Source: Phyllobates terribilis (Eukaryota). Taken from it: a DNA stretch of 64,000 nt. Made by a program: the position numbers and the translations under genes. Location: contig NW_027362763.1 in NCBI RefSeq assembly GCF_046119375.1, forward strand, positions 240,684,001-240,748,000, in the 5' to 3' direction. The notes under the pieces are model-generated. The model saw only the letters and a list, made by a program, of their open reading frames with translations. It searched no databases and had not been told where the DNA came from. This document shows, piece after piece, positions 26,651 through 38,171 of the stretch; the stretch's first letter is position 1; every line of letters starts with the position of its first letter.

Positions 26651-28285
26651 GTGGGAGTGCTTCATGCGAGAATTCTGAATGGCGGTAAAGTGGGAACCCC
26701 TGGAGAGGGGGGCACAAGGGCCTTTCTATGGGAAGCTTTGGCTGTCGTTTTACTGGTAATTGGGGCTCTGGGTTACACTATAGTGGGAGAGGGCGGGCAC
26801 GCTAGATGTGGCTCGCAACTACTCTCAGAACTGAATGTGACTCTCAAGGTAAGAAAGGTTGGTGACCACTGCTATAGGGACTGGTTCAATTATTCCACCA
26901 AAATGTCACATTAATTCTTCCTTCTTGAAGATTAAATTGATTAAATTGAAACTTTGTAACATGACTTTTATGGTGTTGTCTATGCTTTATTTGTGCACCA
27001 TATGATTTTTTTTAGTATATAGTCTATAATTGCAAGTTTGTTTTTCCTCTGATAGTTGAACAGGTGATTTCTGACAGGCATTGTGGGAGATACGGATTAA
27101 CCGCAGCCGGCATCACACGGGCAGTAAGTACCTTATAAAAGGGGAAGGGGCGGTATCTTAGCAACAAGTGACACAATGAATTACAGTCTAGACAAAATCA
27201 AAAAATTCCATTGTCATTTATCATTAGCATAGAAAGCATTACACATTCACCAACCCACAGAGATTATTTTTATGAAACTATCTTCTACAATGGCAGCAGC
27301 GCTGAGAATACTGATGTTAGCATGCCTTTTCCCAGATACAGTAGTCTTTCCCCCAGGCCTAACTAGAAATCAACTTAGCAATACGCAATGGAAGAAGCGA
27401 CTCTCTGGAGGACGACACAAGTGGTGATTACCAACAACAGGCCGCTCATAACTTTGCCTTATGCATATTACTGCTATCTGTTTAACTGATGGTCTGGCTG
27501 GAAAATGATTTCCACTGAGCAATTTGTTTTTGCACACAAGAGGATCTTGGTTACAGTGATATAATAAGACATGTAACCATGTATCTGTAGTGACAGCTAT
27601 TTACTGCGCAGCATGGAAGCCGATACAATAGCCACTATTGTGTTCTCTTACAATGGAGCAGTATGTTTCTCCCTTATTGTATGTGAGAGGAAAGGGGGCC
27701 TGTATAAACGCCAGAAGTCACAGGCAAAACATTGTTCTTGCACATGCATTACATTGCCCATTAGCTCCCGTTGTATTGTGAAAAATAAGGCCACGATTAT
27801 ATTTAATGCTATAAGATGAAATTGAGACTTCGCAGAATAGAGAAAAGCGGCTATAGTATTATCCTGTTATAACCCTATGACTTTCAGGGGAGAAATTATG
27901 ATCGATATTGTTAGAGTAGGTGGAGTATGAACCTTAATTAAAGAATAACTAAACCTTTGTAAGGTTATTTCATATTTCTCAGTGCCCTCATAATTACAAG
28001 AATATTAGCAGGGGTCCTAAGACCCCAAGAATCTCTCAAAACTTCTCCTGTGTTCTGAGCTGTGCACTTTCAGGGGAACAGACCGGAGTACGGATTCAAT
28101 GGAATAGAGTATGAAGCCTTTGCTTTCTGTTGAAGGTGCACCCCGCTCTGTGTGCGCGCTCAGAAGCTGGGCACTACTGTATGTTGAGCTGTGCATCTTT
28201 CGTGGGAAGTTTTCAGAGATCGGTGTGGTTCTCAGGACCTGGACTCCCACTGATCTGCTTGTACTTAAAAGGACACCTTATAAAG

Positions 28286-28809
28286 CAGAGGTCCCCAACC
28301 TGTGGCTTGGGAGCCACATGTGGCTCATGAGAACAATATTTGTGGCTCGTGGTTGTCTGCCAGCTTGGTGAATTTGCACCTGGTCTGGCAGCTAGCTATG
28401 GAGATATGGTCTCCAGATGGTGGCTTTTATAAGTAGCCTGCACTGAACAGCCGATCTGAATGTTCCTGCACTTGCAGGGGCGAAAAGGAAGAGAAATAAA
28501 CTCAGTAAGCTGGAGACAGGATGATGCAGTTAAAGGGGAGCTTGAAGCTGGATGCTATAGTGTGGAGGGTGTGCTCGATACAAGAGCACCAAATGGGAAG
28601 CCTTGTATGTAATTATTCTGCCTATATGGGAGAGGGGCAGAAGGTCTCAGTTTGCTTTCTGTGTGGAAGCTTTGGTCGTCATCATACCGGTAATGGTGGT
28701 GGGTCCTAAGTGTCACTACTGTGGGAGAAGAGGAGACGCTGGATGTGGCTCGTGACCATCTCTCAGAGTTGAATGTGGCGCTCAAGGTAAGAAAAGTTAG
28801 GGGCCGCTG
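28286..28809 (+). mobile_element. Non-autonomous hAT (Charlie-like) element
   Basis: Ends CAGAGGTCCCCAAC / GTTAGGGGCCGCTG; TSD TTATAAAG vs ATATAAAG (7 of 8 match). Confidence 0.78.
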
Positions 28810-29504
28810 ATATAAAGGTTTAGTTACACTTTACGTCTGAACTGTCGCCTGAGTATCCTAGTTGCGGACTTGGCTGGTCAGCAGACAGTTTGTATGTGTT
28901 TAAGTACTACAACAGCCCTTAGCATGCTTTGTTAATAGACATAACGGGTGGGCTTAATATAGCATGTCATCATTCATTATGCATTCTAACCAATCATGAA
29001 TGTACTCATTGAATAAATATACATAATTACACCATCAGATAAAGTACATATGGGTCACAGAAACTTATTTCATCCTAGTTTTACACTTATTTTTACCTCT
29101 ATGATTACTATTTCAATATGAAAGCACCCACCCCAGGCAATCTATCGATTATCTCAAGTGCTAAACGAGATGAGGTCTCCTGGTCACTAATGAATTCTGC
29201 TTTGTGTTAAACCAGGAAGCAAAGTCTCAGTAATTGTGATGTCCTAACTTGTAACCGCCACACGTGGGTCTAGAAATTTCCACAGGAAAAGTTCAGGGTA
29301 CTACTCCGGAACTAAACTCTGTGAGCAACTTTTGACAGGCAGCTGAACTAAGAAACCCAAGGTTTTTTAGTCTGGAGAGAAAGGGTCATGGTAGCCAGAG
29401 TTCAGTCATCAGCAATCAACAGGCAGAGATCAGGAGTGGGCAACAGTCAAGACGACCTAGTCAAATATGACATAGTCAACCATGCAGGCCAATTAATATT
29501 ATGC

Positions 29505-29600
29505 TTGCTTATATATTGCAACATATTCCACAGTACTCTACAAACACTGGCTCCACTGCCCCATTGGGGCTCCCAATTTAAATTCCCTATCAGTACGACA
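29505..29600 (-). mobile_element. 3' fragment of V-SINE-like SINE
   Basis: CAACATATTCCACAG...CACTGCCCCATTGGGGCTCCCAATTTAAATTCCCTATCAGTA aligns with 57376-57476. Confidence 0.65.
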
Positions 29601-32600
29601 ATGGAGCAGGAACACTTCTCCTTAACTAAGTATTGGAAATAGACTGAAATAGACATCGGCTAGTGACAGCAGTAATTAGAACCACTACAATCAAGTAGTA
29701 GAAGTTTGCATGTGCAAGACGCATTAAAAATGATGCGATGCAGAAGAACAGCACAAAAAAAATAACCAACACTATCAGCAAATTGAAATATGTGTACAGG
29801 GGTAGGCTCTGTTGATATAGAAAGCGATCAAATACAACTGCAAACTGAGCTTGCTAGGATATATAGGAACACTGAATATATACATTTTGGATTGCATTAT
29901 ACTTTTATAGACAATACTTATAAATTTTAGGTTCTTACCTTTTGATCAAATTGTGTGAGCTCATTTGCCACTGACAAGCAAATCTCTGCAGATGGGAACC
30001 TACACTCTCCGACTTACTTTTCTGGGGCCTAGGTCTACAGATTCAAAGGAAACCTGTCATGAAATTCATACTGACTGAACATATTGCATGATGAATAGGA
30101 CACTGGATGCGTTATTACACTTATGTACATTTTACCACTGGCGGACACAGACTGAAAAGGGCCCCTCTGCAAGAACAACGTATGGGCCCTTTGCAATTTA
30201 ACAGCTCATCATAATGCACAATTCCACCATATAATGTATAGAGGTGGAAATGGGCCTCCTTACCTCTTGGGCCCCTGTGCAGCTGCTCTGGTTGCACCAA
30301 TGATATGTCCACCCCTGCATTTTACTCTAAAACTCTACACACTCATAGGAAGACAACTGTCAGTCAAGTGGGAGTGGGGTGAGGAGAACCTGCCGGGGAC
30401 CTGTCTTGCATTAGTCATTCAAGATGCATTGTCGCCAGCCAGGTTTATGCTGCTGTGCATCAAAGTAAATCTTACACAGCTGCAATAACTCAGCCAGTGT
30501 CTGATTCATTCTGCCAAGGGTTCGGGTAGCATGAATCTCATGACAGATTCCTTCTACATTTGTAGACCTATGCCCAGGAAGGGTATGTTTGCTATGGTAT
30601 GGTACAATCTACAATACAAAATGGAAAGGAGAGAAGGTCCAGCTGACTCACCGCAGGTGCACGGATCACACGGCCTATGTGAAACAACAGTAAAAAGCAA
30701 AGGAAATCCAGCTTCCATGATCCGATAAAGTTTAAAAATAGGCGTTATTGCAAATCCATGGAAATAGAACACAGGGCAAAAAATGCAATATGTTTTGGGT
30801 CAATCACGATCCTTCTTCATGGCAAAATGAATTTTCATCTAAAACACAGCTCCATTTATTTTGTAGTGGCCACCCTCTGGTTGCTGCAGCTCGGCACTCA
30901 TTGAAGTGCAGAGGTAATACCTATTTTAGAGTTGAATTACAATGGATTATTCTAGATTATTATACTTGCTAAATGCTGTTTTTTCATATACAAGCATGTT
31001 GAAGATTTCATACAGATTAGACTAAAGTCAGCTGAACCCAATGAAATAAGTAGGATCAGCCAACAGTGTATGGGGCCTCCCAACTATCCCTCCATAGATG
31101 ATGTGGGGAGAGAAAATGGATACGGCATGTTGGATTTTCAATTACGTATCCTTTTATTCTTGAGAAGATAAGCTGCTACAAGAGGACTCTGACATCATCT
31201 CTCTCTTAGAACTGTGCTGCACTGTTTCAAAGTTAAGTATACATGGGTGCAATTATGCAGCCAGCACCTGATCCATGATGCCCATGGGTGATTACATGAA
31301 TCTAATGACAGGTTCCCTTTAAAAGGCAAGTAGGCTCAGGTGGAATGAATACATAGCTAATATAGAGGCAGTCACTTACCCCAAAATGTACTGGAAACTA
31401 TACTGGAAACTATAAAAAACGTAATTAACAAGTACCTCCTGGCAAAATGAAACAAATGTACAGGTACAGACTGCAGCTCAGAATAACAGTGGTGATCAGG
31501 AGAAGGATGACAAGCACTGAACGAGGTTAAGTTTATGTAAGTTTATGAATTGTGACAAGTTACAGAAGTTGATGAAAGCTATATCAACCAGTGATGGATT
31601 AGGATTGTGCTTATTATATATATTTTATATAATGCTTCTAGTAGTGCTTGGCTAGGTAACATAGGAGGCAGGTCAGTGAACGATCAGTGAGCTGTCATAA
31701 GAGCATACAGATGAATATGTAAGCAGAGCACCAGATAGAGCGCCTCCACAGGCCGCCCAGAAGCACGAGCATATCATTATCTTCAAACTGAAAGTAAAGA
31801 TTACACAGCAACCACAGCACGGATTTCATCAACCAAGGTATCATTTTAATCAGTGTAATGTCGCCCACCTGACGGTGTATGTGGTTTACTGAGCACAATC
31901 CTGCTAACAGGCGCGCTTTAAGCGATGTTCGTGATTCATGGTGTCAGCCCAACCTGGGGTTGTCCTTTGCTCACACTTGCTGTATGTACATGATGAGCGT
32001 ATGGTAGAATTTTTGAATGCTATACTATGTCCCTAACTTTCTAAAAAGTAAACGACTTTTGATTGACACATGGCTTTGCAGAGTGCTGCGCACATAAATG
32101 CAGTAGGTATACTGTAGCATATCAGATTGTTTCCCTAAGCACAAAATATCAACTAAAGCTGTTAAGCAGAGGCTACTCCTTTCCGACAAAGAAGTATTGA
32201 TTAAATGTCCCACATAGAAGGCAATGATCTCACTTTAAAAGGTTTTTACTGGATTATGAATTTTGCTACAGGCATTGATGCTCAACTCTGTCCAACAAAG
32301 CTTGTGATAAGAAAGCTTCCTGTGGTCTATGGGCTAATTAAAAATTGTCAGATGGAATAACATTAATTCACATTTCATATTTTCATTTTACAGGAGGAAT
32401 CATCCTTCTTGTAAGGAAAATATGCCAGCATTTTAAAGAACGCAAATCAGCAAATGATCACAAATACATGAGATGCTCTGTATAAGTATTCTACACAATA
32501 CTGCACTGTGTATGTGTCTATAGGTGTAAGTATTGTTGAAAAATATGTGGTTAGATTGAATTGTAATGCAAAATCCCTTAAACAGCAGTTCATGATGTAA

Positions 32601-33681
32601 AATAATTTTATGACCCTAAAGGTCTCCATACATATTACATAACTTTTGGCAGACAGCTATCTCCATAGACTCTCCCATATGCTGGTACCCTTTACTGTGT
32701 TCTCTATTAGAGAGGCCCTGGCAGACCCCTTTGGTTTGGGCTTATCTTCTTGAAAACTAGAAGATCAGGCATTGGAAAACCAACGTCCCGGATCCTCCTG
32801 TCCACCGACATCTTCTGTAGAGGGAGAGTCGGGAGGCCCCCATGCAAATTAAACTGTCGGCTGATCCCCTTTTTGGTGAGTTCAGCTGACTTTAGTATAT
32901 TGTGTATTTGAGGCTTATAATGTTTCTATATGAAGAAACAGTGTTTAGCAAGTATGCTACTCTAGAATCATTTCTTTAGTATTTTCTCTGCAATTCAATG
33001 AAAGTTGAGCGGCAGCACCCAGAGAGCAACCACAACTCAATGAATGAGCCTGTGCTGTTGGGGTTCTGTACATTATGTACATCCAGCGACCACAGGAGCT
33101 TGCATACAGCTGATCAGTGGGTTTGCCGGAAGTCAGACTCCCACCATTTGATATTGATATCAATAGCAAAGTCCTGGAAAATCCCCATAAATAGTACCAG
33201 TGTTGAGTGTTTCATATGCGATTGATGGATATTAAAGGCAATCTGTCAGCAGGTTTTTGATATTTAATCTGAGAGCAGCATGATGTAGAGGCAGAGGCTC
33301 TGATTGCATCAACGTGTCACTTACTGGGCTTCTTTTTGTAGTTTCAATAAAATCATTGTTTTATGAGCAGGAGATTATAAGTAGAGGACTAGGTGTCTTG
33401 TGGCATATAGTCCTCTGCTCTATGTAACCCCGCCCTTACCACTGATTAGCAACTTTCTGCCAATGTACAATATGCACAGAAAGCTGTCAATCAGTGGTGG
33501 GGGCGGGGTTATACAGAGCTCAACATTCCTCAACATTCAGAGAACTGCTGGGTCTGCAGCAGAGAAAACAGTGATTTTATCAAAACTACAGCAAGCAGCC
33601 CAAAGTGACACATTGCTAGAATCAGGGCCCGCGTCAGCACCCGGCGTACCCGGGCAAGTGCCGGGGCCCTGGAAAATCAGA

Positions 33682-33801
33682 GGGGCCCACCGCCCACTCA
33701 CTGTCGGGGCCCACCGCCCACTCACTGTCGGGGCCCACCGCCCACTCACTGTCGGGGCCCACCGCCCACTCACTGTCGGGGCCCACCGCCCACTCACTGT
33801 C
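33682..33801. repeat. Five perfect copies of the 24-bp unit GGGGCCCACCGCCCACTCACTGTC
   Basis: Read directly. The sister element has a single related copy near 22267. Confidence 0.95.
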
Positions 33802-34356
33802 GGGGCCCTGGCCGCTTCCTCGGCACCTGTTCAGTGACGCAGGCGCTGCTTGATTGCCAGCACTTCAGACATGGCCGCGCACAGTGTGCTGTGTCTGCTA
33901 GTAATGACACGGCAGGATCGATGGCACTGCACCTTTAATTGTGCTTGTGTGTCGCCCCTGCCGCGTCATTACTAGCAGACACAGCCGCACAGAGCGCGGC
34001 CATGTCTGGGGGAGTGCCGGCAATCAAACACCGTCGTCGGTCGTGCACAGATGGGGGGGAGCGGCCCGGACGCGACCGCAAGTGGGCCCCTCTGATGTTC
34101 CAGGGCCATGAATTCTGTGACACGCCGGGGGCCCTGCACTGCCCCATACCCGAGGAGCTGCTGGACAGGACACTGGACTGGGGACAGGTGAGTGAGGCTT
34201 CCCCAATCCCCATATTAAAAATATTTGTAATGGGTCTGTGTGAGTGCATGTATGTGAATGTCAGTGTGTATGACTGTGTATATATATTTGTCTGTTTTAT
34301 ATATGTTTTTAAGAATTTGTGTAAAAATGTGTGTATGTCTGTATGTGTTCATATCT

Positions 34357-34962
34357 GTGTACCATGTGTGCGTGCGTGTGTATGCGTACCGTGTGCGTGC
34401 ATGTGTCTGCGTACCGTGTGTGCGTGCATGTGTCTGCGTACCGTGTGTGCGTGCGCGTGTCTGTGTACCGTGTGTGCGTGCGCGTGTCTGCGTTCCGTGT
34501 GTGCGTGCATGTGTCTGCGTACCGTGTGTGCGTGCATGTGTCTGCGTACCGTGTGTGCGTGCATGTGTCTGCGTACCGTGTGTGCGTGCATGTGTCTGCG
34601 TACCGTGTGTGCGTGCATGTGTCTGCGTACCGTGTGTGCGTGCATGTGTCTGCGTACCGTGTGTGCGTGCATGTGTCTGCGTACCGTGTGTGCGTGTATG
34701 TGTCTTCGTACCGTGGTTGCGTGTATGTGTCTGCGTACCGTGTGTGCGTGCATGTGTCTGCGTACCGTGTGTGCGTGCATGTGTCTGCGTACCGTGTGTG
34801 CGTGCATGTGTCTGCGTACCATGTGTGCGTGCATGTGTCTGCGTACCGTGTGTGCGTGCATGTGTCTGCGTACCGTGTGTGCGTGCATGTGTCTGCGTAC
34901 CGTGTGTGCGTGCATGTGTCTGCGTACCGTGTGTGCGTGTATGTGTCTTCGTACCGTGGTTG
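34357..34962. repeat. 27-bp minisatellite (GTGTGTGCGTGCATGTGTCTGCGTACC), left part
   Basis: About 22 tandem copies; the array resumes at 39811 after the LTR element. Confidence 0.95.
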
Positions 34963-36148
34963 TGTAGCACCCTGAGGATTCGGCTGCTACAGGGGTATTG
35001 CACCTCAACCCAGAGGTGTGATATTCCACTCCCGGGTAAGGATGGAGTGTGGATCTGAGCTCGGTAGGCTGCATGCACTACACACATCCCATTTCCGAGG
35101 AGCAGACCGACGGTACTCCCACTTAGAAATGTGCAGGTACAACCGAGTCTGTTCCTGGCTGGAGTGGGAGGGGGGTGGAACATCCCAAGTAGTGTAGGGG
35201 CAGATAGGGGGAGCAGCCTGGGTAAAGATAGGAGCTCATTGGGTGCTGGTCACCTGAGCTCACACATAGAGGGTGTATATAAGGTGGGCACCAACTAAGA
35301 ACAGGGTCAGTTGCAGAGAGAAAGTCAGCGAGCGGAGGAGAAGAGAGACCCAGAGTGAGAGAGGAGAAAGAGAGACCCAGAGGGGGAAACAGAAGAAAAG
35401 GACTCCAAGAACCCAACTTAAATCCCCGGGTGAAGAGTCGGCACAGGGTACCGGAACCCAAGCTGGTGGGGGCAAAAACACACCCCAGCCAGAGACCGGA
35501 GGCCGTGGGCAGCGTTTGCCACGGCCACCCACCACATCCACCACGAAGGCACACCACGTGGAGGGTCAGGGAACCCAAGGCCAAGGGTCTCCCAACAGAA
35601 GGCCCGAGGGAGCTGGACCTGGGTGGATCTCTAGTGGGGACGGCCAGAGGAAAGGACAGAAGGAGAGCTCAGGGTCACGCTCCGGACTTATTTGGGGGTT
35701 GACTGGATCCAGAACCTGGTGGACGCAGCACGGTTCGGGAGGTCACTCGAAGCTGGAGTGACCGGAACATCAGCAGTGAGTAAACATCCTAAACTGCATA
35801 ACCCGACTCTGTCTCTGATTGCCGTCTACACTGCATCACCACAACCCCCATCCTCTGCACCTGATCCCCCTGAGGCTATACCCCACCCGTTGGGGGTTAT
35901 ATCATCACAAGCTGCACCTGCACCATCAGCCTCAGCGGACCCTGCTGCAGCGGCGGCCATAGTGACCGCAACACAACGGGTGGCGTAGTCGACATTAAGA
36001 ACTTAGTAACATCTGTAGGACTGCCACATACAACTCAGTTTGACACCCTGGGCACGGACCGGGTCACAGCCACTCGGAAGACTACAACCCCCATCTGATC
36101 CGGCTCCGGATATTCCCCCTAAAAGAATATGGCCCAGGGGGCGCGTCA
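34963..36148 (+). repeat. 5' LTR (1186 bp)
   Basis: Runs TGTAGCACCCTGAGG...GGGGCGCGTCA. TATATAA at 35276-35282; AGTAAA (possible polyA variant) at 35779-35784. Confidence 0.93.
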
Positions 36149-38171
36149 ACTTTGGCGTAGTCGGCAGGATTACGTGCCCACAACAACCGGGTACTGCGTG
36201 CCTGAAGAAAAGAATGAGTTTACCTCAAAGAGAAGTCTCCTGCCGGTTCCGGAGGGTCCCCGCCATCGGACCCCATCACCAGTCGATTCCCGCCGGTTGT
36301 CCGCCATTAACAGCGTTTTCCCGCCATCTGCAGAGTTTCCCGCCACTGGGAAGCGATTCCCGCCATTTCCAAAGGTTTCCCACCTTGGAAGAGCGGACGC
36401 CATTATGGGCGTGCCAGAGGGTGGCGAGAGGCCACCTCCCATCGTGGGCCAGGACCGACAATGGCGCCAAAAGTGGAAACCGCCCCCACCAACAGAGACT
36501 GTGATGCTAGAGGTGTCTGTCAGCGTGAAAGAACAGCCCCTGGAGCTGACAGTCACCAAGTGGCCTCGGGACCGCCCTCGAAGGGGGAGGAGACGAAAGG
36601 AGAGAACAAAGATGGGTGCCGCCTGGAGGAGTCTGGAGCGAGCGCACCCGGAGGCAAGAAGCCTGGAGAGGAGTAGCAGAGAAGCTCACCCGGAGATGGC
36701 CAGAGAGCAGAGCAGCACCGGCCCGCTGGCCAGGAGCCTGCTGGAAGAAGAGCAGAGCAGCACCGACCCGTTGGTCAGGAGCCTGCTGGAAACCACGACC
36801 CCACTAGGCCTAGTGGAGGTCCTCGCACAGCTCCCCCGAGACCGGGAGTGTGCACAGACTGCCCTGGAGGGCCTCGCACGGAGGATGGCCCGGGTACAGC
36901 GAGAGACATTGGCGGAGTGGAGCCGAGAGATGGCCCAGCAAACCAAGACCCGGAGCACGCCAGCCAAGATGAGGAGACAGACCGCCTCTGAGGATGGCGC
37001 GGGAGGACCCAAGGCCGGAGACGGCGCCGAGAAGGGAGCCGAACGCATGGAGGCAGGTAAAGGGGACGTCTATACCCCAAACCAGGACACCGCTTACCTG
37101 CCCCAGCTCCCCGTCGCAGAGCCCGAAAGTCCCCCTGCTGTGCCCGAAAACGCCATGTCACCGACGCAGACTAGGCCCCAACCGGAAGCCGCCGCCGCGA
37201 CCCCTGTGACGCCATGCGCACCGACCCCGAGCGTGGCAAAACAGGAAGTAACACCAGCCTGGTCGCAGGGCCTAGAATTCCCGGGCGTCGCATCACCAAC
37301 AGCGCCCCCTACCTCCGCGGAGCCTCCGGCCTGGCCGCAAGGCCAGGTAGCCCAGGGCGCCGCCGTCCTGACGGTGCCCTTCACCTTCCAGGTGCCCCAG
37401 GCCTGGCCGCAAGGCCTGGGCAACCCGGGCGCCACCACCACCGCGCCCGCACCCGTAAAACCAAGGGTGCCGCGTCTGGGAGAGGACTTGTTTGCCCAGC
37501 ACACGTGGCCGGACGGGCAGCCTTTCATCTGGCCCCAGAGATATTATGAACTGGAGCACCAGAGGAGAGTTGGGGCCATGTGTGCACCCCTGATTCCGGC
37601 TCCGAAGCCCGTGATAAGGATCTCGCCCCCGCTTGAAGAGACCCAATTTGAGTGGGACCCCACCGGAGAAGACCTAATGGGGTTCACTCAAGAAACCAGG
37701 GCAGCTGCAGCGGAGCGTGCTGAGTGCTGCCGACAGCAGCTCGAGGAGTATGCGAGGGAGCGGAGAGAGAGGCGGGTCCGGGAACAACAGGCCCAAATAA
37801 GGAGCGCCGAGCAGAAGAGCCGAACCAGGAGGGACCCCCGTGCAGCGCACAGTCCCCGCACCACCGGGACTGTAATTAAGTTCAACATGCAGCATGGGTG
37901 GGGCTTCATCAGAGACCACAACACCCCCGGCGACGTCTTTGTCACGCGCAGAGATGTGGAGTCCCATCTGCCGGAGGGGCACAGAGGTCGTGACCTTTAT
38001 ATCGGGGACGAGGTCACCTTTACCCGGCACAAGTGTGCCAAAGGACCTTACGCCCTCCATGTGCATCGCCTGACAGAGGAGGAGCTGCGATGTGAGGAGG
38101 AAGAGCAAGAGGATCCGGACGGGTCTGAAGCTGAGATCCCCAAAGAAGGAGCAGGAGGAAGACGTTGTTGA
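36129..38171 (+). CDS. 680-aa protein: Pro/Ala-rich low-complexity region, charged coiled-coil, C-terminal cold-shock domain, acidic tail
   Basis: Uninterrupted 2043-nt frame. Residues about 580-648 (nt 37866-38072) read GTVIKFNMQHGWGFIRDHNTPGDVFVT...DLYIGDEVTF...KGPYALHV, with RNP1-like GWGFI and RNP2-like DVFV motifs. The true start codon is uncertain. Confidence 0.8.
   Translation: MAQGARQLWRSRQDYVPTTTGYCVPEEKNEFTSKRSLLPVPEGPRHRTPSPVDSRRLSAINSVFPPSAEFPATGKRFPPFPKVSHLGRADAIMGVPEGGERPPPIVGQDRQWRQKWKPPPPTETVMLEVSVSVKEQPLELTVTKWPRDRPRRGRRRKERTKMGAAWRSLERAHPEARSLERSSREAHPEMAREQSSTGPLARSLLEEEQSSTDPLVRSLLETTTPLGLVEVLAQLPRDRECAQTALEGLARRMARVQRETLAEWSREMAQQTKTRSTPAKMRRQTASEDGAGGPKAGDGAEKGAERMEAGKGDVYTPNQDTAYLPQLPVAEPESPPAVPENAMSPTQTRPQPEAAAATPVTPCAPTPSVAKQEVTPAWSQGLEFPGVASPTAPPTSAEPPAWPQGQVAQGAAVLTVPFTFQVPQAWPQGLGNPGATTTAPAPVKPRVPRLGEDLFAQHTWPDGQPFIWPQRYYELEHQRRVGAMCAPLIPAPKPVIRISPPLEETQFEWDPTGEDLMGFTQETRAAAAERAECCRQQLEEYARERRERRVREQQAQIRSAEQKSRTRRDPRAAHSPRTTGTVIKFNMQHGWGFIRDHNTPGDVFVTRRDVESHLPEGHRGRDLYIGDEVTFTRHKCAKGPYALHVHRLTEEELRCEEEEQEDPDGSEAEIPKEGAGGRRC
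36153..36171 (+). promoter_or_regulatory. Primer-binding site, tRNA-Ser
   Basis: TGGCGTAGTCGGCAGGATT, 4 nt after the LTR, is the reverse complement of the vertebrate tRNA-Ser(AGA/TGA) 3' end ...AATCCTGCCGACTACG-CCA (recalled sequence). Confidence 0.9.

Larger units (their letters stand above)
25864..26871 (+). mobile_element. Non-autonomous hAT element hosting two MITE insertions
   Basis: Ends CAGGGTC / GGTTGGTGACCACTG; 8-bp TSD CTATAGGG (25856-25863 and 26872-26879). Body resembles 28286-28809. Confidence 0.8.

Noticed and set aside
29939-31378. Several minus-strand micro-exon candidates
   Set aside because: No consistent reading frame or recognisable product; the density matches chance splice-like motifs.
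33939-35183. Long Cys-rich or His-rich ORFs (342, 322, 266 aa and others)
   Set aside because: They are translations of the 27-bp minisatellite in several frames, not genes.
35123-35988. 100-160 aa ORFs within the LTRs
   Set aside because: No recognisable domains; expected in GC-rich LTR sequence, and duplicated only because the LTR is.
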